Source of the DNA: an uncultured delta proteobacterium
GTDB lineage: Bacteria; Desulfobacterota; Binatia; Binatales; Binataceae
Length of the DNA: 64,000 nucleotides
NCBI GenBank assembly: GCA_963711565.1
Contig: CAVQEQ010000003.1
Location: forward strand, 480,001-544,000
Direction of reading: 5' to 3'
Of the stretch, positions 18,298 to 28,731 are shown piece after piece. The notes beneath the pieces are model-generated. The model was given only the letters and a program-made list of their open reading frames with translations. It was not told the origin of the DNA and searched no databases. The position numbers and the translations under genes are program-made. The first letter of the stretch is position 1; each line of letters starts with the position of its first letter.

Positions 18298-19237
18298 TAC
18301 GCAGCGCCTGCAAAAAACCGGTGTCAACCAAATGGCGCATGCCTTCCTCGTACAGGAAATGCCGAAACACCCCGGGATAATGCGTACATATCCGGTCGGG
18401 CGTGATTCCGACGCCGCCGCCCACCAGGTAGGTATCCGGCAGCAGTTCCACTCCAGCCTTCGTCGAGCATAGGGCGTGAAGGGTCTGCTCGAAGCACCAG
18501 CCGTCGGCGAACAGAGACTCGTTCTCGAGCCATCGCTCGATAGCCGGAAAGTCGATAGTCGGCGGCCGGATCAGCGATAGACCTGAATTGATGAGTGGTA
18601 GAGGCCGAACTCCACAGCCTGCTTCAAGGGCGTCGAGCGGCGCGGAATAATAGTAGGAGTTATCCTTGTTGTAACGGTTGCGGGCGGGCGAGTCGTCACC
18701 GGGGAGCAGCAAATCGGGACGACGGAAGAACACAATGTCCGAATCGATGCTGATCACGTAATCAGCGTTGGACATCGCGTAGAAATCAAACAGCTTGCGC
18801 GTCACTGGATTTCGCGCTCGCCAAGCGGCGCAGCGTGGGGCGTTCGCATTGCGCAGGCGCGCGGTCACCTTCTCGTCGGCTTCCTCGATGGTGACAAGTC
18901 TGGCGGTCGGAAAGTGCTCGAGTAGCCGCTCGGCCTGTCCGGGCGCGAGGCCGCCGTCGTGGATGAATAGAGGAAGATCGACGCCGGCGAAATGATAGAA
19001 GCTCTTCAGCGACCAGAGCAGATTTTTCCAGTCTTTGCGCCAAGTCAGGGCGCGGACCTCGACCGGTCCGCTAACTGCGGTTCTAATCGGCGGAGTCTTC
19101 AGGATAAGGCGCTGAATCCTGCGCCTGCGGAGCGCGCGCCCATATCCCTCGCGACCCGCCGCACGAAAGTCACTCCATTGCGGACTGTTGCGAAGCCACG
19201 ACCGCAAGCTGCTAATGGGAGACCTAGCCGATGACAT
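18269..19237 (-). CDS. Putative GT-A fold glycosyltransferase
   Basis: FIHDGG, RKLFD, IDSDIVFF (DxD), INSGL and EQT motifs. Confidence 0.65.
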   Translation of the reverse strand: MSSARSPISSLRSWLRNSPQWSDFRAAGREGYGRALRRRRIQRLILKTPPIRTAVSGPVEVRALTWRKDWKNLLWSLKSFYHFAGVDLPLFIHDGGLAPGQAERLLEHFPTARLVTIEEADEKVTARLRNANAPRCAAWRARNPVTRKLFDFYAMSNADYVISIDSDIVFFRRPDLLLPGDDSPARNRYNKDNSYYYSAPLDALEAGCGVRPLPLINSGLSLIRPPTIDFPAIERWLENESLFADGWCFEQTLHALCSTKAGVELLPDTYLVGGGVGITPDRICTHYPGVFRHFLYEEGMRHLVDTGFLQALRNADGAARLR

Positions 19238-19251
19238 AGCTGCGGACGAGG

Positions 19252-19917
19252 TCAGGACAGGAGACGGCATAAGAAGCGCAAGCCGAGCGAAAGAGGCAAG
19301 CCGACCGTCCCGAGTTTGTGCCTGGAGCGCAGGTAAACGTAGTCGATTGGATCGGTGAGCGCAAAAATCGAGTCAGGAAGTGGTTCTCGACTCGCGACAT
19401 AAACATTGCACGAGACGGCCCGTATTGTCCGTACCGTAACTTCGGCGGGGAAGTCGTCCCGCGTCCACAAGTTCCGGTGGACTTCGTAGGAGTTGCCGCA
19501 CAGTTCGGTCTGCGGATAGAACTCGGCCGGGGTGCTGATCACAACGACAGGACTATGCTTGAAGCATTCTCGAACGAGTTCTCGCGCCTGCTGCTGCTCC
19601 AAATGTTCAATCACGTCGGCGATGAGCACAACGTCAAATTCACCGAGTGTCGGCACAATGCTCTGTGCTTCACCAAGGTAAACCTTCGAGTACGCGTAGT
19701 CGTGAATCGGGTTGCGGTACGCTTCGTAAGCCTCGACACCGACGATCGTCGTGATCCATTCCTCCTTGCGCAAGCGCTCGTACCAGATGTCGAGATACTC
19801 ACGAAGCAGCATCCCGTACTTGCCGAATCCGCAACCAACATCGAGCACTCTCTTTGGATTCAGGTTGTTAAGGATCGTGAGAATGGCGTTGATATTGTGA
19901 TGGTCGCTGGTTGGCAT
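19252..19917 (-). CDS. Class I SAM-dependent methyltransferase
   Basis: VLDVGCGFG, DVIEHL, ISTP. Confidence 0.88.
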   Translation of the reverse strand: MPTSDHHNINAILTILNNLNPKRVLDVGCGFGKYGMLLREYLDIWYERLRKEEWITTIVGVEAYEAYRNPIHDYAYSKVYLGEAQSIVPTLGEFDVVLIADVIEHLEQQQARELVRECFKHSPVVVISTPAEFYPQTELCGNSYEVHRNLWTRDDFPAEVTVRTIRAVSCNVYVASREPLPDSIFALTDPIDYVYLRSRHKLGTVGLPLSLGLRFLCRLLS

Positions 19918-19939
19918 CGGATGGGGAATCCTGGCCTGA

Positions 19940-21097
19940 TCAAGCTTGCGGCCGGCTCGTGTGAGCAAGCGGTTCAGTGGTAGCGGCTGCGACAATAGGA
20001 TTTCGTCCCATCTGAAACCTGGCGGACAGCGAATGGCCGACGGCGACCAGCGGCCGCTCGAGCAGGTAGTAACTGGCCGAGGCGCACACGAATACGGCCA
20101 CGATGTTCAGCGGCCATTCCTGCACGCGGCCGAACGGCAACGGGCGCGGAATCTTCGATCCCACCAGGAATAGCTGCTGCCACAGATAGAGGCTGTACGA
20201 AATTCTCCCGACCCAGCGCATCGGCGAGGTTTCGAGAATTCTACCAAACAACAGCGTCGGATTGAGTACCGTGCCGAGCAGAATCACCGGGACCAGAAAA
20301 CTCTCCCACGCCATCTGCAGCGGAGGGTTGAGCGCGATGCATGCGACGAGCACCAGCACCGGGACGGTGATGACCGTGGCTGACAAGCGTCGGGTGAGAG
20401 TCTCGCGGTAAGCGGGAACGCTCACGACCAGTGCTATCCAGCATCCCCACAGCAAGCCGTCGAAGCGCGTGTCGGTCCTCTCGTAAATGTTGTCGGACAG
20501 GACGCCGGGCCAGATTTGGCCGTGGAACCAATGGAAGTCCGCGATTCGCCAGATCGCGACGGCGATCGCTATCCCCGGCAGATAACGTCTTGCACGCGCG
20601 GACCCCAACGTCAGCAGTGCGGCGGGCCAGATCAGGTAAAAATGTTCCTCGACGGCGAGCGACCAGAAGTGTCCCGTGTACCATCCGGTATCAGGCGGCA
20701 CGACGATGTAGTTGCGCGAAAAGAACACGCTGCTGAACCATTCGCGCGGACTCACCACAATAAAGCCGCTTAGCGCGAGCAGACCGACGATCGCGAGGTA
20801 GGTAAACGCCGGCGGCAGAATCCTGAACACCCGGCGGATATAGAAGCTGCCAAGACTGAAACCGCCGGTCTTCTCATGCTCGTCGAGCAATCGCCCGCAA
20901 ATCAGTAATCCGCTGATACCGAAGAACAGGTCGACGCCGAATACTCCGTGCTGGCTGATCGAGTACCAGGTCGAACTGGCATAGCGGCCAGCGGGATAGA
21001 ACAATTCGCTGCCGCCGTGCGCGAGCATCACCAGCAGGATTGCGATCGCGCGCCAGCCGTCGAGCGTCGGACGGTAATCTTTCGAAGGACGGCTCAC
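19940..21097 (-). CDS. Acyltransferase family 3 (OafA-like O-acyltransferase)
   Basis: LDGWRAIA, GVDLFFGISG, FYIRRVFRILP, HFWSLAVEEHFY, ISYSLYLWQ. GTG 21097 overlaps the upstream stop. Confidence 0.93.
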   Translation of the reverse strand: MSRPSKDYRPTLDGWRAIAILLVMLAHGGSELFYPAGRYASSTWYSISQHGVFGVDLFFGISGLLICGRLLDEHEKTGGFSLGSFYIRRVFRILPPAFTYLAIVGLLALSGFIVVSPREWFSSVFFSRNYIVVPPDTGWYTGHFWSLAVEEHFYLIWPAALLTLGSARARRYLPGIAIAVAIWRIADFHWFHGQIWPGVLSDNIYERTDTRFDGLLWGCWIALVVSVPAYRETLTRRLSATVITVPVLVLVACIALNPPLQMAWESFLVPVILLGTVLNPTLLFGRILETSPMRWVGRISYSLYLWQQLFLVGSKIPRPLPFGRVQEWPLNIVAVFVCASASYYLLERPLVAVGHSLSARFQMGRNPIVAAATTEPLAHTSRPQA

Positions 21098-22314
21098 GAG
21101 GCGAGAGTTATGCTGTCGGCTTCGGCGCCACGCCGGGCAATCAAGTCGCGATAGCAGGCTTCGACCGCGTCGAGCGCGCGCGCCGGCGAGCACTGCGTTT
21201 CGATCAAATCCCGCGCCGCAAGCCGCATCCGCTCCTGCTGCGGGACGTCCCTGAGCAGCGCCGCCGTTCGCTCGATAATTCCGCTATCGTCGTCGCTCAC
21301 CAACAGATGCACGCCGTCGCGAACGGGCAATCCCTCGATACCTTCGGTGTTGGTGACGACCGGGATCCCAAAGGCCATCGCTTCGACTATCTTCACCTTG
21401 ATTCCGCTCGCCTGATCGGCTGCATGCACCAGCACGCTGCTGCCGTTGAAGTACGGGCGGATGTCGGGAACGTCTTCGATTATTTCCACGTCCGGCAAAT
21501 CGACGTATTCGCGCAGCGCCGAGCGAGCGCGCCATCCGACGATTCGCAGCTTCGCATCCGGCACCTGCCGCTTGATTCCCGGCCACAGTCGCGTGATCAA
21601 CCGCACCGCCGCCGACTGCGACGGGCGCCAGTTCATCGACCCAATCAAGCTGACGATCGGACGCGTCGGCCGCTCGGCTGCCGGGACGAATCTGTAAAGC
21701 GTCGGATCAATCGCAAACGGAAACCAGTACACCAGCACCTTGCTGCCGGTCATTCTGCGAGCCTTGTCTTCGAGCCTGGGAGTGATCGCCGCGATAGTGC
21801 CGAAGCGCTGCAGCAGATTTCTCTCCGCCCGTTTTCGCAACGCACGCAGCAATGCCGTGCGAACATCCACGAAGCCGCTGTTCGCGTCGTCGATTGCGTA
21901 CAGGTAGTGAAGGTTGACCAGCGCCTTGGCCGGATCGGCCTCCAGCGCAGTCCATCCGCTCCACAGTTGTTCGAGATGAAGTACGTCGTAGCCCTCGCGC
22001 AGAACGGCTGCCACGTCGTGGTTGATTTTGCCGCGGAAAAGGTATGAATGCGGTTTACGAATCGTCTCGAGTTTGCCGGCGACACTATTGCGATTTTCGA
22101 CCGGATAGCAGCGCAGATCGTACTGCGGGGCCGGAAAAATCGACGCCGCCCTCTCAACGTCCGACGCGTTGCTGCACGCCGCAAATGCGGTGACTCGATG
22201 GCCCCGCTCCACCAGCCCGCGCAGCAGCACGTAGTACCATCGCGCAGCCGCATTGCCGAAAGGCAGCGGCGGTTCGATCATCACTAGCACAACGCGCAGC
22301 GGCTTCACGCTCAT
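21094..22314 (-). CDS. Glycosyltransferase family 4
   Basis: SGIKVKIVEAMAFGIPVVT motif. Confidence 0.9.
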   Translation of the reverse strand: MSVKPLRVVLVMIEPPLPFGNAAARWYYVLLRGLVERGHRVTAFAACSNASDVERAASIFPAPQYDLRCYPVENRNSVAGKLETIRKPHSYLFRGKINHDVAAVLREGYDVLHLEQLWSGWTALEADPAKALVNLHYLYAIDDANSGFVDVRTALLRALRKRAERNLLQRFGTIAAITPRLEDKARRMTGSKVLVYWFPFAIDPTLYRFVPAAERPTRPIVSLIGSMNWRPSQSAAVRLITRLWPGIKRQVPDAKLRIVGWRARSALREYVDLPDVEIIEDVPDIRPYFNGSSVLVHAADQASGIKVKIVEAMAFGIPVVTNTEGIEGLPVRDGVHLLVSDDDSGIIERTAALLRDVPQQERMRLAARDLIETQCSPARALDAVEACYRDLIARRGAEADSITLAS

Positions 22315-22329
22315 CGGTTGGCGACGTCC

Positions 22330-23469
22330 CTACGCGGCATTGTCCACTATCTCGACGAACTCCGAAGCCATATCCGCCCACGAGTGCTGCCGCAATTTAG
22401 CGGCGACCACCGCCGCGGCTGCGGCAAACTCATCCTTGCGCGATCGCCACAGGCGGATACGATCGACCAGGTCGCCGACATTCTCGGGATCGGGCAGGAT
22501 GAGGGCCTCGAGCCCGTCGCCCAGGCGCTCCGTGACCGGCGCCGCTTCGCTTACGATCGCGGGGATTCCGCAGCAGACCGCCTCCTGAATCGCCAGTCCG
22601 TAGCCTTCGTAACGCGTCGGAGAAACAAGCGCATCGCTGGCCGCCATAACTGCAGGCAGATCCTTGCAGAAGCCCACAAATTCGATGCGTGATGCCAAGC
22701 CCGCGGCATTCGCCCGCGCCTTCCACGCCCCAAGTTCGGCACCGGTGCCGATCACAATCAACTTTGCGGACCAGTCGCTGCTCGCGCAGAGCTTCTGCCA
22801 TGCGCTGAACAGCGTATCGAAACCCTTGCGCCGATCGCCGAGAGACCCGACAAACACCAGGACTGGGATGCCCGGCTGCCAGCCGAGAGAGTCCCGGACA
22901 GCTTCGCGTTCAGCAGGCGAGTGCGGACGAAACACTTCCCCGTCTACGCCGAGGTACACGGTGTGTATTCGTTCCTCGGGCACGCCGAGATCGCGGACCA
23001 AATCGCGCCGGGTGCGGTTCGAGTTGCTGATAACCACGCGTGCCACGGCGAACGCCTTGCGATCCAGTACCGCGGCGGACCGGAAGGAAGCCTCCGCCTT
23101 CAGTTTCCTCAAGAGGTTCGCGGTTACCTGCGGTTTGTAGGAGACGTGAAGGTGATGAGCCCAATTTACGTCCGGCCAGACACAGTTGCCGCCATTCACT
23201 ACCACTCGCCCTCCCCGCGCTGCGATTCTCAGCGCCCACTTTCGGCCGGCGCGCGCCAACAACGGGCTAGCAAGAAAATATGAGTTCAGCGGTTTCGGCA
23301 CCCGATGAAAGAACACATTTGGATAGCCCGCAAGATCGCCGGCAATCCGGTAGGCGACGAGGTGAGTCTCGCAACCACGCTCCGCCAGGTACTTGGCCAG
23401 CGCATGGTTTGCCCGGTCCATACCGCCGGTCTTTACGAAGTCTCCGGTGACAATCAGGTACGGCTTCAT
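22330..23469 (-). CDS. Glycosyltransferase family 4
   Basis: GGMDRAN, DRRKGFD, YEGYGLAIQEA. Confidence 0.9.
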   Translation of the reverse strand: MKPYLIVTGDFVKTGGMDRANHALAKYLAERGCETHLVAYRIAGDLAGYPNVFFHRVPKPLNSYFLASPLLARAGRKWALRIAARGGRVVVNGGNCVWPDVNWAHHLHVSYKPQVTANLLRKLKAEASFRSAAVLDRKAFAVARVVISNSNRTRRDLVRDLGVPEERIHTVYLGVDGEVFRPHSPAEREAVRDSLGWQPGIPVLVFVGSLGDRRKGFDTLFSAWQKLCASSDWSAKLIVIGTGAELGAWKARANAAGLASRIEFVGFCKDLPAVMAASDALVSPTRYEGYGLAIQEAVCCGIPAIVSEAAPVTERLGDGLEALILPDPENVGDLVDRIRLWRSRKDEFAAAAAVVAAKLRQHSWADMASEFVEIVDNAA

Positions 23470-24893
23470 CCAGCCCGCATCTGGTCGCGGCTTGCCTGGC
23501 CGCTCGACGCCGCCACTGCAAACAGAACCGCGTTTAGCATCCAGAATTCCATTCCGCTCTGACTGCCGAAGAAAGGACTGTCCAGACAGGTTGCCAGCGC
23601 GCCCACATCGTATGCGCAGATCACCGCCGCCATGATCGCTAATTCAGGATCGATCTGCGCCAGCGACAACCTGAAAGCAAACAGGATCGCCAGCGCGATT
23701 GCCCACAGATACACGATGATCAGTGGTACGCCTCCGTCCAGCAGCCATGCGGTGATCTGCTCTTCGGCCCAGATCATCGCGCTATTGGGATCGGAATTGT
23801 CGCCGAAGTAATGATTCATCATTCCCCAGCGTCCGAGGCCCGCGCCGAGCGGATATTGGGGCAGGAGTTCGTTGATCGAGTACTCTATGAAACGCCCTCG
23901 ATTCTGATGATAGACGGTTCCGGGGTCGGACGCGGTGAGGGTGGCGAAGCGCGCGGCAACCCCGTTGCCGCCAACCGCGATCGCCCAACTGAAGCCGAAA
24001 AACGCCACCACGCCGAGCACCGCCAGCAACCGCGTCAGGGTTCCGGCTTCGTACCTGCGCCATGCCCGGTTGGTCGTGCGAACCCAGATGCGCCTGATGG
24101 CCAGGACGATGGTCAGCACGGCCGCACAAATGACCAACGTCACCAGCGCCACTCTCACGTGAGACAGAAAAATCGCTGCCAGGCCCACAACCATCGACCC
24201 AACCGCAACTAGCCGCGCCGGCCACCTTCTCCACGTGAGCATGAAGGCAGCGCCGAACAGCGCCGCGTAAGTACCCGCCAATGCGGCCCCACCCGGAACG
24301 TCCGACAGCCCCATCGCGCGGAACACCAGTTGCCCGTTCGCGTTCTCGTACTCGAGGCCTCTTACGTACGCCCTTCCCTGGTTCAATATGATGGTGGAAA
24401 TAGCGGGCGCGAAATGCCCCGGGAAATCCACTTGCAGGATACCGACTACGGCGCTTATCGATTGGAAGATCCAAATCATCAGCAACACGCGGCGAAGATT
24501 CGATATATCGATCGACAGGCGCTGCACCCAGAACAGCGGACCCAGAATCGCCACATACATCCCGATTTGTGCCGCGCTCGCCGCCAGCGAGTTGCCGTTC
24601 GGATTGAAAAACGCCAGCCCAACAATTGCCAGCACCAGCTTGGCCGGCTTGACCGCGGGCGACGGCTTGCCCCGGCCGCGCAACGCGAAAGCCAGCACGA
24701 GGCTGGTCCCGAATACCGCCATCCGAACCAACACGCGCACCTGTCCGATCGAACCCGACAGCAACGCGACCTGGCACACGAATCCGAGCGCGAACATCAG
24801 CTCGACCGCGTGCGTGCGCAGGAACCCTACCGAAGCGCGCGAGCGTTCCAGCACGTATCGGTTCTCCGCGTATGGAGCTGCTCCAGAGGTCAT
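23466..24893 (-). CDS. Wzy-like polysaccharide polymerase
   Basis: About 11 TM segments, two large periplasmic loops and a PLGAGLG motif; central position in a Wzx/Wzc locus. Confidence 0.7.
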   Translation of the reverse strand: MTSGAAPYAENRYVLERSRASVGFLRTHAVELMFALGFVCQVALLSGSIGQVRVLVRMAVFGTSLVLAFALRGRGKPSPAVKPAKLVLAIVGLAFFNPNGNSLAASAAQIGMYVAILGPLFWVQRLSIDISNLRRVLLMIWIFQSISAVVGILQVDFPGHFAPAISTIILNQGRAYVRGLEYENANGQLVFRAMGLSDVPGGAALAGTYAALFGAAFMLTWRRWPARLVAVGSMVVGLAAIFLSHVRVALVTLVICAAVLTIVLAIRRIWVRTTNRAWRRYEAGTLTRLLAVLGVVAFFGFSWAIAVGGNGVAARFATLTASDPGTVYHQNRGRFIEYSINELLPQYPLGAGLGRWGMMNHYFGDNSDPNSAMIWAEEQITAWLLDGGVPLIIVYLWAIALAILFAFRLSLAQIDPELAIMAAVICAYDVGALATCLDSPFFGSQSGMEFWMLNAVLFAVAASSGQASRDQMRAG

Positions 24894-24917
24894 CTCAGAT
24901 AAGATTCGCGTTCGGGC

Positions 24918-25802
24918 TTAAACAGAAATCGGTTGCGGATGGCGGGTGAGCCGCCGCTTTTTCTGCAATGTGGCAAAGCGAATAGGCTTGCGATTGGCCA
25001 GCACGTAGCGCCGCGCGCGCAACGCCTCGGCGACGCTCCAGGTCATCCCGCTGATGTCGATTTTACCCTCGTTCCTGGTCCAGCGTACGTGACGCGCTAT
25101 CGCCGCTAACGTAGCCGACGGCACGCACCACCATGGGCATCGCAGCAGGCCGGTCAAAATACTGTTGCGCAGCATCAGACGGTAAATCCTCGCCTGGTCG
25201 CGGCCGCGATCATCCTGGTAGTGCATCACCGATAGCGAAGGGTCGTAAATGACGCTGTAACCCGCGTCCAGCAGGCGCAATGACAAATCGATCTCTTCGT
25301 AATAGTAGCCGAACATAGGTTCAAAGCCGCCGACCTGCCTCAGCGCCGCCGCCCTGAGCAGAGCCCCGTAGCCGAAAAATTGACCGGCGTAGCATAGTAC
25401 CGACGCCGCGGCGGGCTGCATGTAATGCGCCGCGCCGTCCGGACGCAATTGCCGAAAGCCAATCGCACCCCAATCGGAGTATTTGCGCGCGAGTGCGACT
25501 GCACGCGAGAGCAAAGTCGGGTCGCTGATCTCAACGTCATCGTCGAAGATTGCGATGAACTCCCCGCCGGCCTGGCTTATCCCCAAATTGCGCGTCGCGC
25601 TCAAGCCAAGGTTCTTTGAATTGCGGAAGTTCCGGATTTCCGTCCCTGCCGGCTCGACCGGGGTTTCAGAGCCGTCATCGATGACCACGATCTCGAACGG
25701 CCGATAGTCCTGGCACCGGAGCGATCGCAGCAATCGATCGAGGCTGTTCTGCCTGTCCTTGGTGGCGATTACGATGCTGACCAGTCCCGCCTGCTCACTC
25801 AC
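24918..25802 (-). CDS. Glycosyltransferase family 2
   Basis: SIVIAT, VIDDGS, RNLG, FDDD, EEIDLSLR. Confidence 0.93.
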   Translation of the reverse strand: MSEQAGLVSIVIATKDRQNSLDRLLRSLRCQDYRPFEIVVIDDGSETPVEPAGTEIRNFRNSKNLGLSATRNLGISQAGGEFIAIFDDDVEISDPTLLSRAVALARKYSDWGAIGFRQLRPDGAAHYMQPAAASVLCYAGQFFGYGALLRAAALRQVGGFEPMFGYYYEEIDLSLRLLDAGYSVIYDPSLSVMHYQDDRGRDQARIYRLMLRNSILTGLLRCPWWCVPSATLAAIARHVRWTRNEGKIDISGMTWSVAEALRARRYVLANRKPIRFATLQKKRRLTRHPQPISV

Positions 25803-26596
25803 AGCGACTTTTCCTCAGGACGATAAGCCCAGGCCACGCCGACCGCGTGAAGGCCAAAATGCCGCCGCAGTACTTCGTTGTTGGCGCGACTCATCGGTAC
25901 GACCTCGAAGCCAAGCGATTCGAGTCGCGTCAGAATATCGCGCTCTGCCTCCGGATGGCTCTCGGTTGCGTGCCACTCCAGGACTATGGTCTTCGCCCTG
26001 AGCGTCCGAAACCGCTCGTCCATTACGAGATCGTACTCGGCGCCCTCGCAGTCGAGTTTCAGCAAGTCAATTTCCGAGGCGCCGGCCCAGGCGAAAAAAT
26101 TCACCACCTTTACGGTCAAGCCGGCCGCGGAGGAGGACACTAGGTGCGAGCCGACGCCCGCGTCACTCAGTTTGGAACAACCAGCTTTCGACCCGACCGC
26201 AACCGGGTGAAGGTGAACGCGCTGGGAATCACAATTGACTCGAAGGTGAGATTCGATCTGCGCGCAATGAAGCGGATGAGGTTCGAATGCGTCGATCGTG
26301 GCCTGCGGATATTCCCGCAAAAAGTACAGAATCGAATAGCCGACATTGGCCCCTACATCCACCACCCGTTTGACCGACGAGCGGTCGAGTGGACGCGGTG
26401 AGCGATAAGGTTCCTCGACGAAGACTTCCCGCGCCACTCCGGCGTCATCGACTGGTTCGCGCGCCGGTTCGCGGCGCAAAAATATCCGTGGCCCGGCAAT
26501 GAGCCTTACAGTCAGAGTTTCCGGGACCCCAAACGCGCGCCAGGCCAGGTAGCGGAGCCTCGAGGTTGGCGTCATTACATCGCGGAGGCGTCGCAT
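25799..26596 (-). CDS. FkbM family methyltransferase
   Basis: VDVGANVG, AFEP, LLKLDCEGAEY. Confidence 0.92.
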   Translation of the reverse strand: MRRLRDVMTPTSRLRYLAWRAFGVPETLTVRLIAGPRIFLRREPAREPVDDAGVAREVFVEEPYRSPRPLDRSSVKRVVDVGANVGYSILYFLREYPQATIDAFEPHPLHCAQIESHLRVNCDSQRVHLHPVAVGSKAGCSKLSDAGVGSHLVSSSAAGLTVKVVNFFAWAGASEIDLLKLDCEGAEYDLVMDERFRTLRAKTIVLEWHATESHPEAERDILTRLESLGFEVVPMSRANNEVLRRHFGLHAVGVAWAYRPEEKSL

Positions 26597-26601
26597 TGGC
26601 C

Positions 26602-27750
26602 TTACCGCGCAGCCCTGTTGCTCGCCAATGGCCCGCGCGCGCTGCTTAGGTTGAGCAGCGTCTTGCGCAGGAGATCCATTTGTTGCGCCGGATCGCACAA
26701 TTCGCGCGCCCGCGCCGGGCCCGCATCTCCCAGCCGGCGACGGCCTTTATCGTCGCCGACCAGCCTTCCGAGCGCGGCCGCCAGCGCGACCGGGTTGTTC
26801 GGCGACACCAACTCGCCGCATGAGTCATTTACGATTTCGATTGCACCGCCGAGTCGCGTCGTGACCACGGGAAGTCTGGCATAGAGTGCCTCGATGAACG
26901 CAATCCCGAACGGTTCGGGAGAAATATTCGGCTGGCAGTGGATGTCAGACGCGGCCAGCAGCCGGTCAACGTCGTTGCGCTGGCCCAGGAATCGAATCCG
27001 ATCCTCGATGCCCAATTCCGAGGCGGTCGCGCGCAGGCCGGCAAGGTAACTTTGTTCGGACTCGCGCTGCGGACCGCCCACCAACCAGACAATCCACTGG
27101 CTATTCGACTTGATAATCGATGCCGCCTGCATCAGGAGGCGTTGGCCCTTCCATTCCTGCATCCGGCCCGTGTGAACTATGACAACTGAATCAGCCGGAG
27201 TAGTCAGTTCAGATCGCACCGCGTCGCGATCGGACTGCGAGTAGCTAATCGACGGCGCCGCCACCGGACAGTGCACCACCTCTACCGGTACCAACCAGAA
27301 GACCCCGCTGAATTCCCGCGCCGCGAAATGGCTGGTGCAGATGACCAGATCGGGACCGGCGTATCGCGCCCATTGCTCGAGCCAATGGCGTCCGTTCGAC
27401 GCCATGTGTTGCCACATTGCGACCGGCACGCCCGACGCCCTCGCGATCGAACCGAACAGCGCCTGGGTCCACGCCATGTGGCATACGACGGCGTCGTAAT
27501 GACCCGCCGAGAGGATTTCACGCAGCCGCCGGCGCGCGCGCATCACGGTCAGCGGATAACGGATGCGGACCTCGCCGAGCATGTGGACTGGAACTTCGGC
27601 GGCGGCCAGTTCGGTACTCAGGCGCCCCTTGAAGCTGAGCGCAAACTCGGGCTCAACGTTGGGAGTCAGTGCGCGGCAGCGCGCCAGCGTCGCCAGCAGA
27701 GTCTCGACGCCGCCGAACATGTTGCCGGCGTTGATGTGCAGCACTCGCAT
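26602..27750 (-). CDS. Glycosyltransferase family 4
   Basis: GGVE, GRMQEWKG, PEPFGIAFIEAL. Confidence 0.92.
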   Translation of the reverse strand: MRVLHINAGNMFGGVETLLATLARCRALTPNVEPEFALSFKGRLSTELAAAEVPVHMLGEVRIRYPLTVMRARRRLREILSAGHYDAVVCHMAWTQALFGSIARASGVPVAMWQHMASNGRHWLEQWARYAGPDLVICTSHFAAREFSGVFWLVPVEVVHCPVAAPSISYSQSDRDAVRSELTTPADSVVIVHTGRMQEWKGQRLLMQAASIIKSNSQWIVWLVGGPQRESEQSYLAGLRATASELGIEDRIRFLGQRNDVDRLLAASDIHCQPNISPEPFGIAFIEALYARLPVVTTRLGGAIEIVNDSCGELVSPNNPVALAAALGRLVGDDKGRRRLGDAGPARARELCDPAQQMDLLRKTLLNLSSARGPLASNRAAR

Positions 27751-27754
27751 CGGT

Positions 27755-27815
27755 TCAGTTGCGCGCGCCGCCGAGCACTTCGCAAAAAACGGGGATCAGC
27801 TCCCGCGCGACTGCT
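27755..27815 (-). pseudogene. Relic 3' end of a glycosyltransferase gene
   Basis: Encodes ARELIPVFCEVLGGARN*, similar to ARELIPLYEEL at the end of GT 28732..29979. Nucleotide core GGGATCAGCTC is shared. Confidence 0.5.
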
Positions 27816-27887
27816 CCGCGCGAGCCGCAGAGATTGAGCGGCGTCTCGCGCATTAACGGCGAGTAGTTGCATAGGTGGCAAGGATAC

Positions 27888-28718
27888 TCACTGCTTTTCA
27901 AGGACCACCCACGTACCGCCCCAGATCGGCCAAAATAGCCGGTTAAGTGCGCCTCTGTCTCCCCACCATCGAATTGCGTTGGCGCTATTGGTCTGCTTGG
28001 CCCAAAGGAGCAAGTCCATCGGATTGCAAAAGTAGGAGGCATCGTTGTCCGCGTGAGCAGGCGGCCGGATATCAGGCGTACGGGTCAGGAACTTCACTGG
28101 TTGTTCACCTGAGAGCTTCTTTACTGTGCGCCAAGTATGATGAGCCAGATGTTGGTACGCTTCCGGCAATGTATTCCCGAATGGATGCCTTGGCATCTCC
28201 TCGGTTCGTACTTCCCAGCGCCCACGATTCCGAATTGCCTTCCAGCTCTTCCTCGCGGCGTACTTCAGCGCCAGACCCACTGAGAGTAAATTCGGACCAA
28301 CAACTACCAGACGGCCTTTCGGCTTCAGCACCCGCATTGCTTCTACTAGCGCGCCCTCCGGATTGGGTAAGTGCTCCAAAACTGCGTGCCTACCGACGAG
28401 GTCCATCGAAGAATCACGAAAGGGAAGCGTCGTCGCGTCAGCACAAACATAGTGAAAAGCCTCGCCGCCTTCCTTCGCTTCCGGATTCGAGTGTAGATCA
28501 ACCCCGAATGCGCGGTGGCCGGCGTTTCTGAGGGCCAGGGTGGACCAGCCGCTTCCGCATCCAATATCAAGAATCCCAGCCGTTGAGCATGGAACGTGAG
28601 AGAGGATGAAGTTTACGTAACGACGAAAGTACGCCGCTCCTTCCTCCTGATTGCGGTCGAAGGTTGCTCGAACCTGATCGGACTTCCGATAGTGAGTACG
28701 TAAGCCTTTAGCATCCAT
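27888..28718 (-). CDS. Class I SAM-dependent methyltransferase
   Basis: ILDIGCGSG, ADATTLPF, VLEHL, RVLKPKG; visibly more A/T-rich than its neighbours. Confidence 0.88.
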   Translation of the reverse strand: MDAKGLRTHYRKSDQVRATFDRNQEEGAAYFRRYVNFILSHVPCSTAGILDIGCGSGWSTLALRNAGHRAFGVDLHSNPEAKEGGEAFHYVCADATTLPFRDSSMDLVGRHAVLEHLPNPEGALVEAMRVLKPKGRLVVVGPNLLSVGLALKYAARKSWKAIRNRGRWEVRTEEMPRHPFGNTLPEAYQHLAHHTWRTVKKLSGEQPVKFLTRTPDIRPPAHADNDASYFCNPMDLLLWAKQTNSANAIRWWGDRGALNRLFWPIWGGTWVVLEKQ

Positions 28719-28731
28719 TAAACGGACCAGC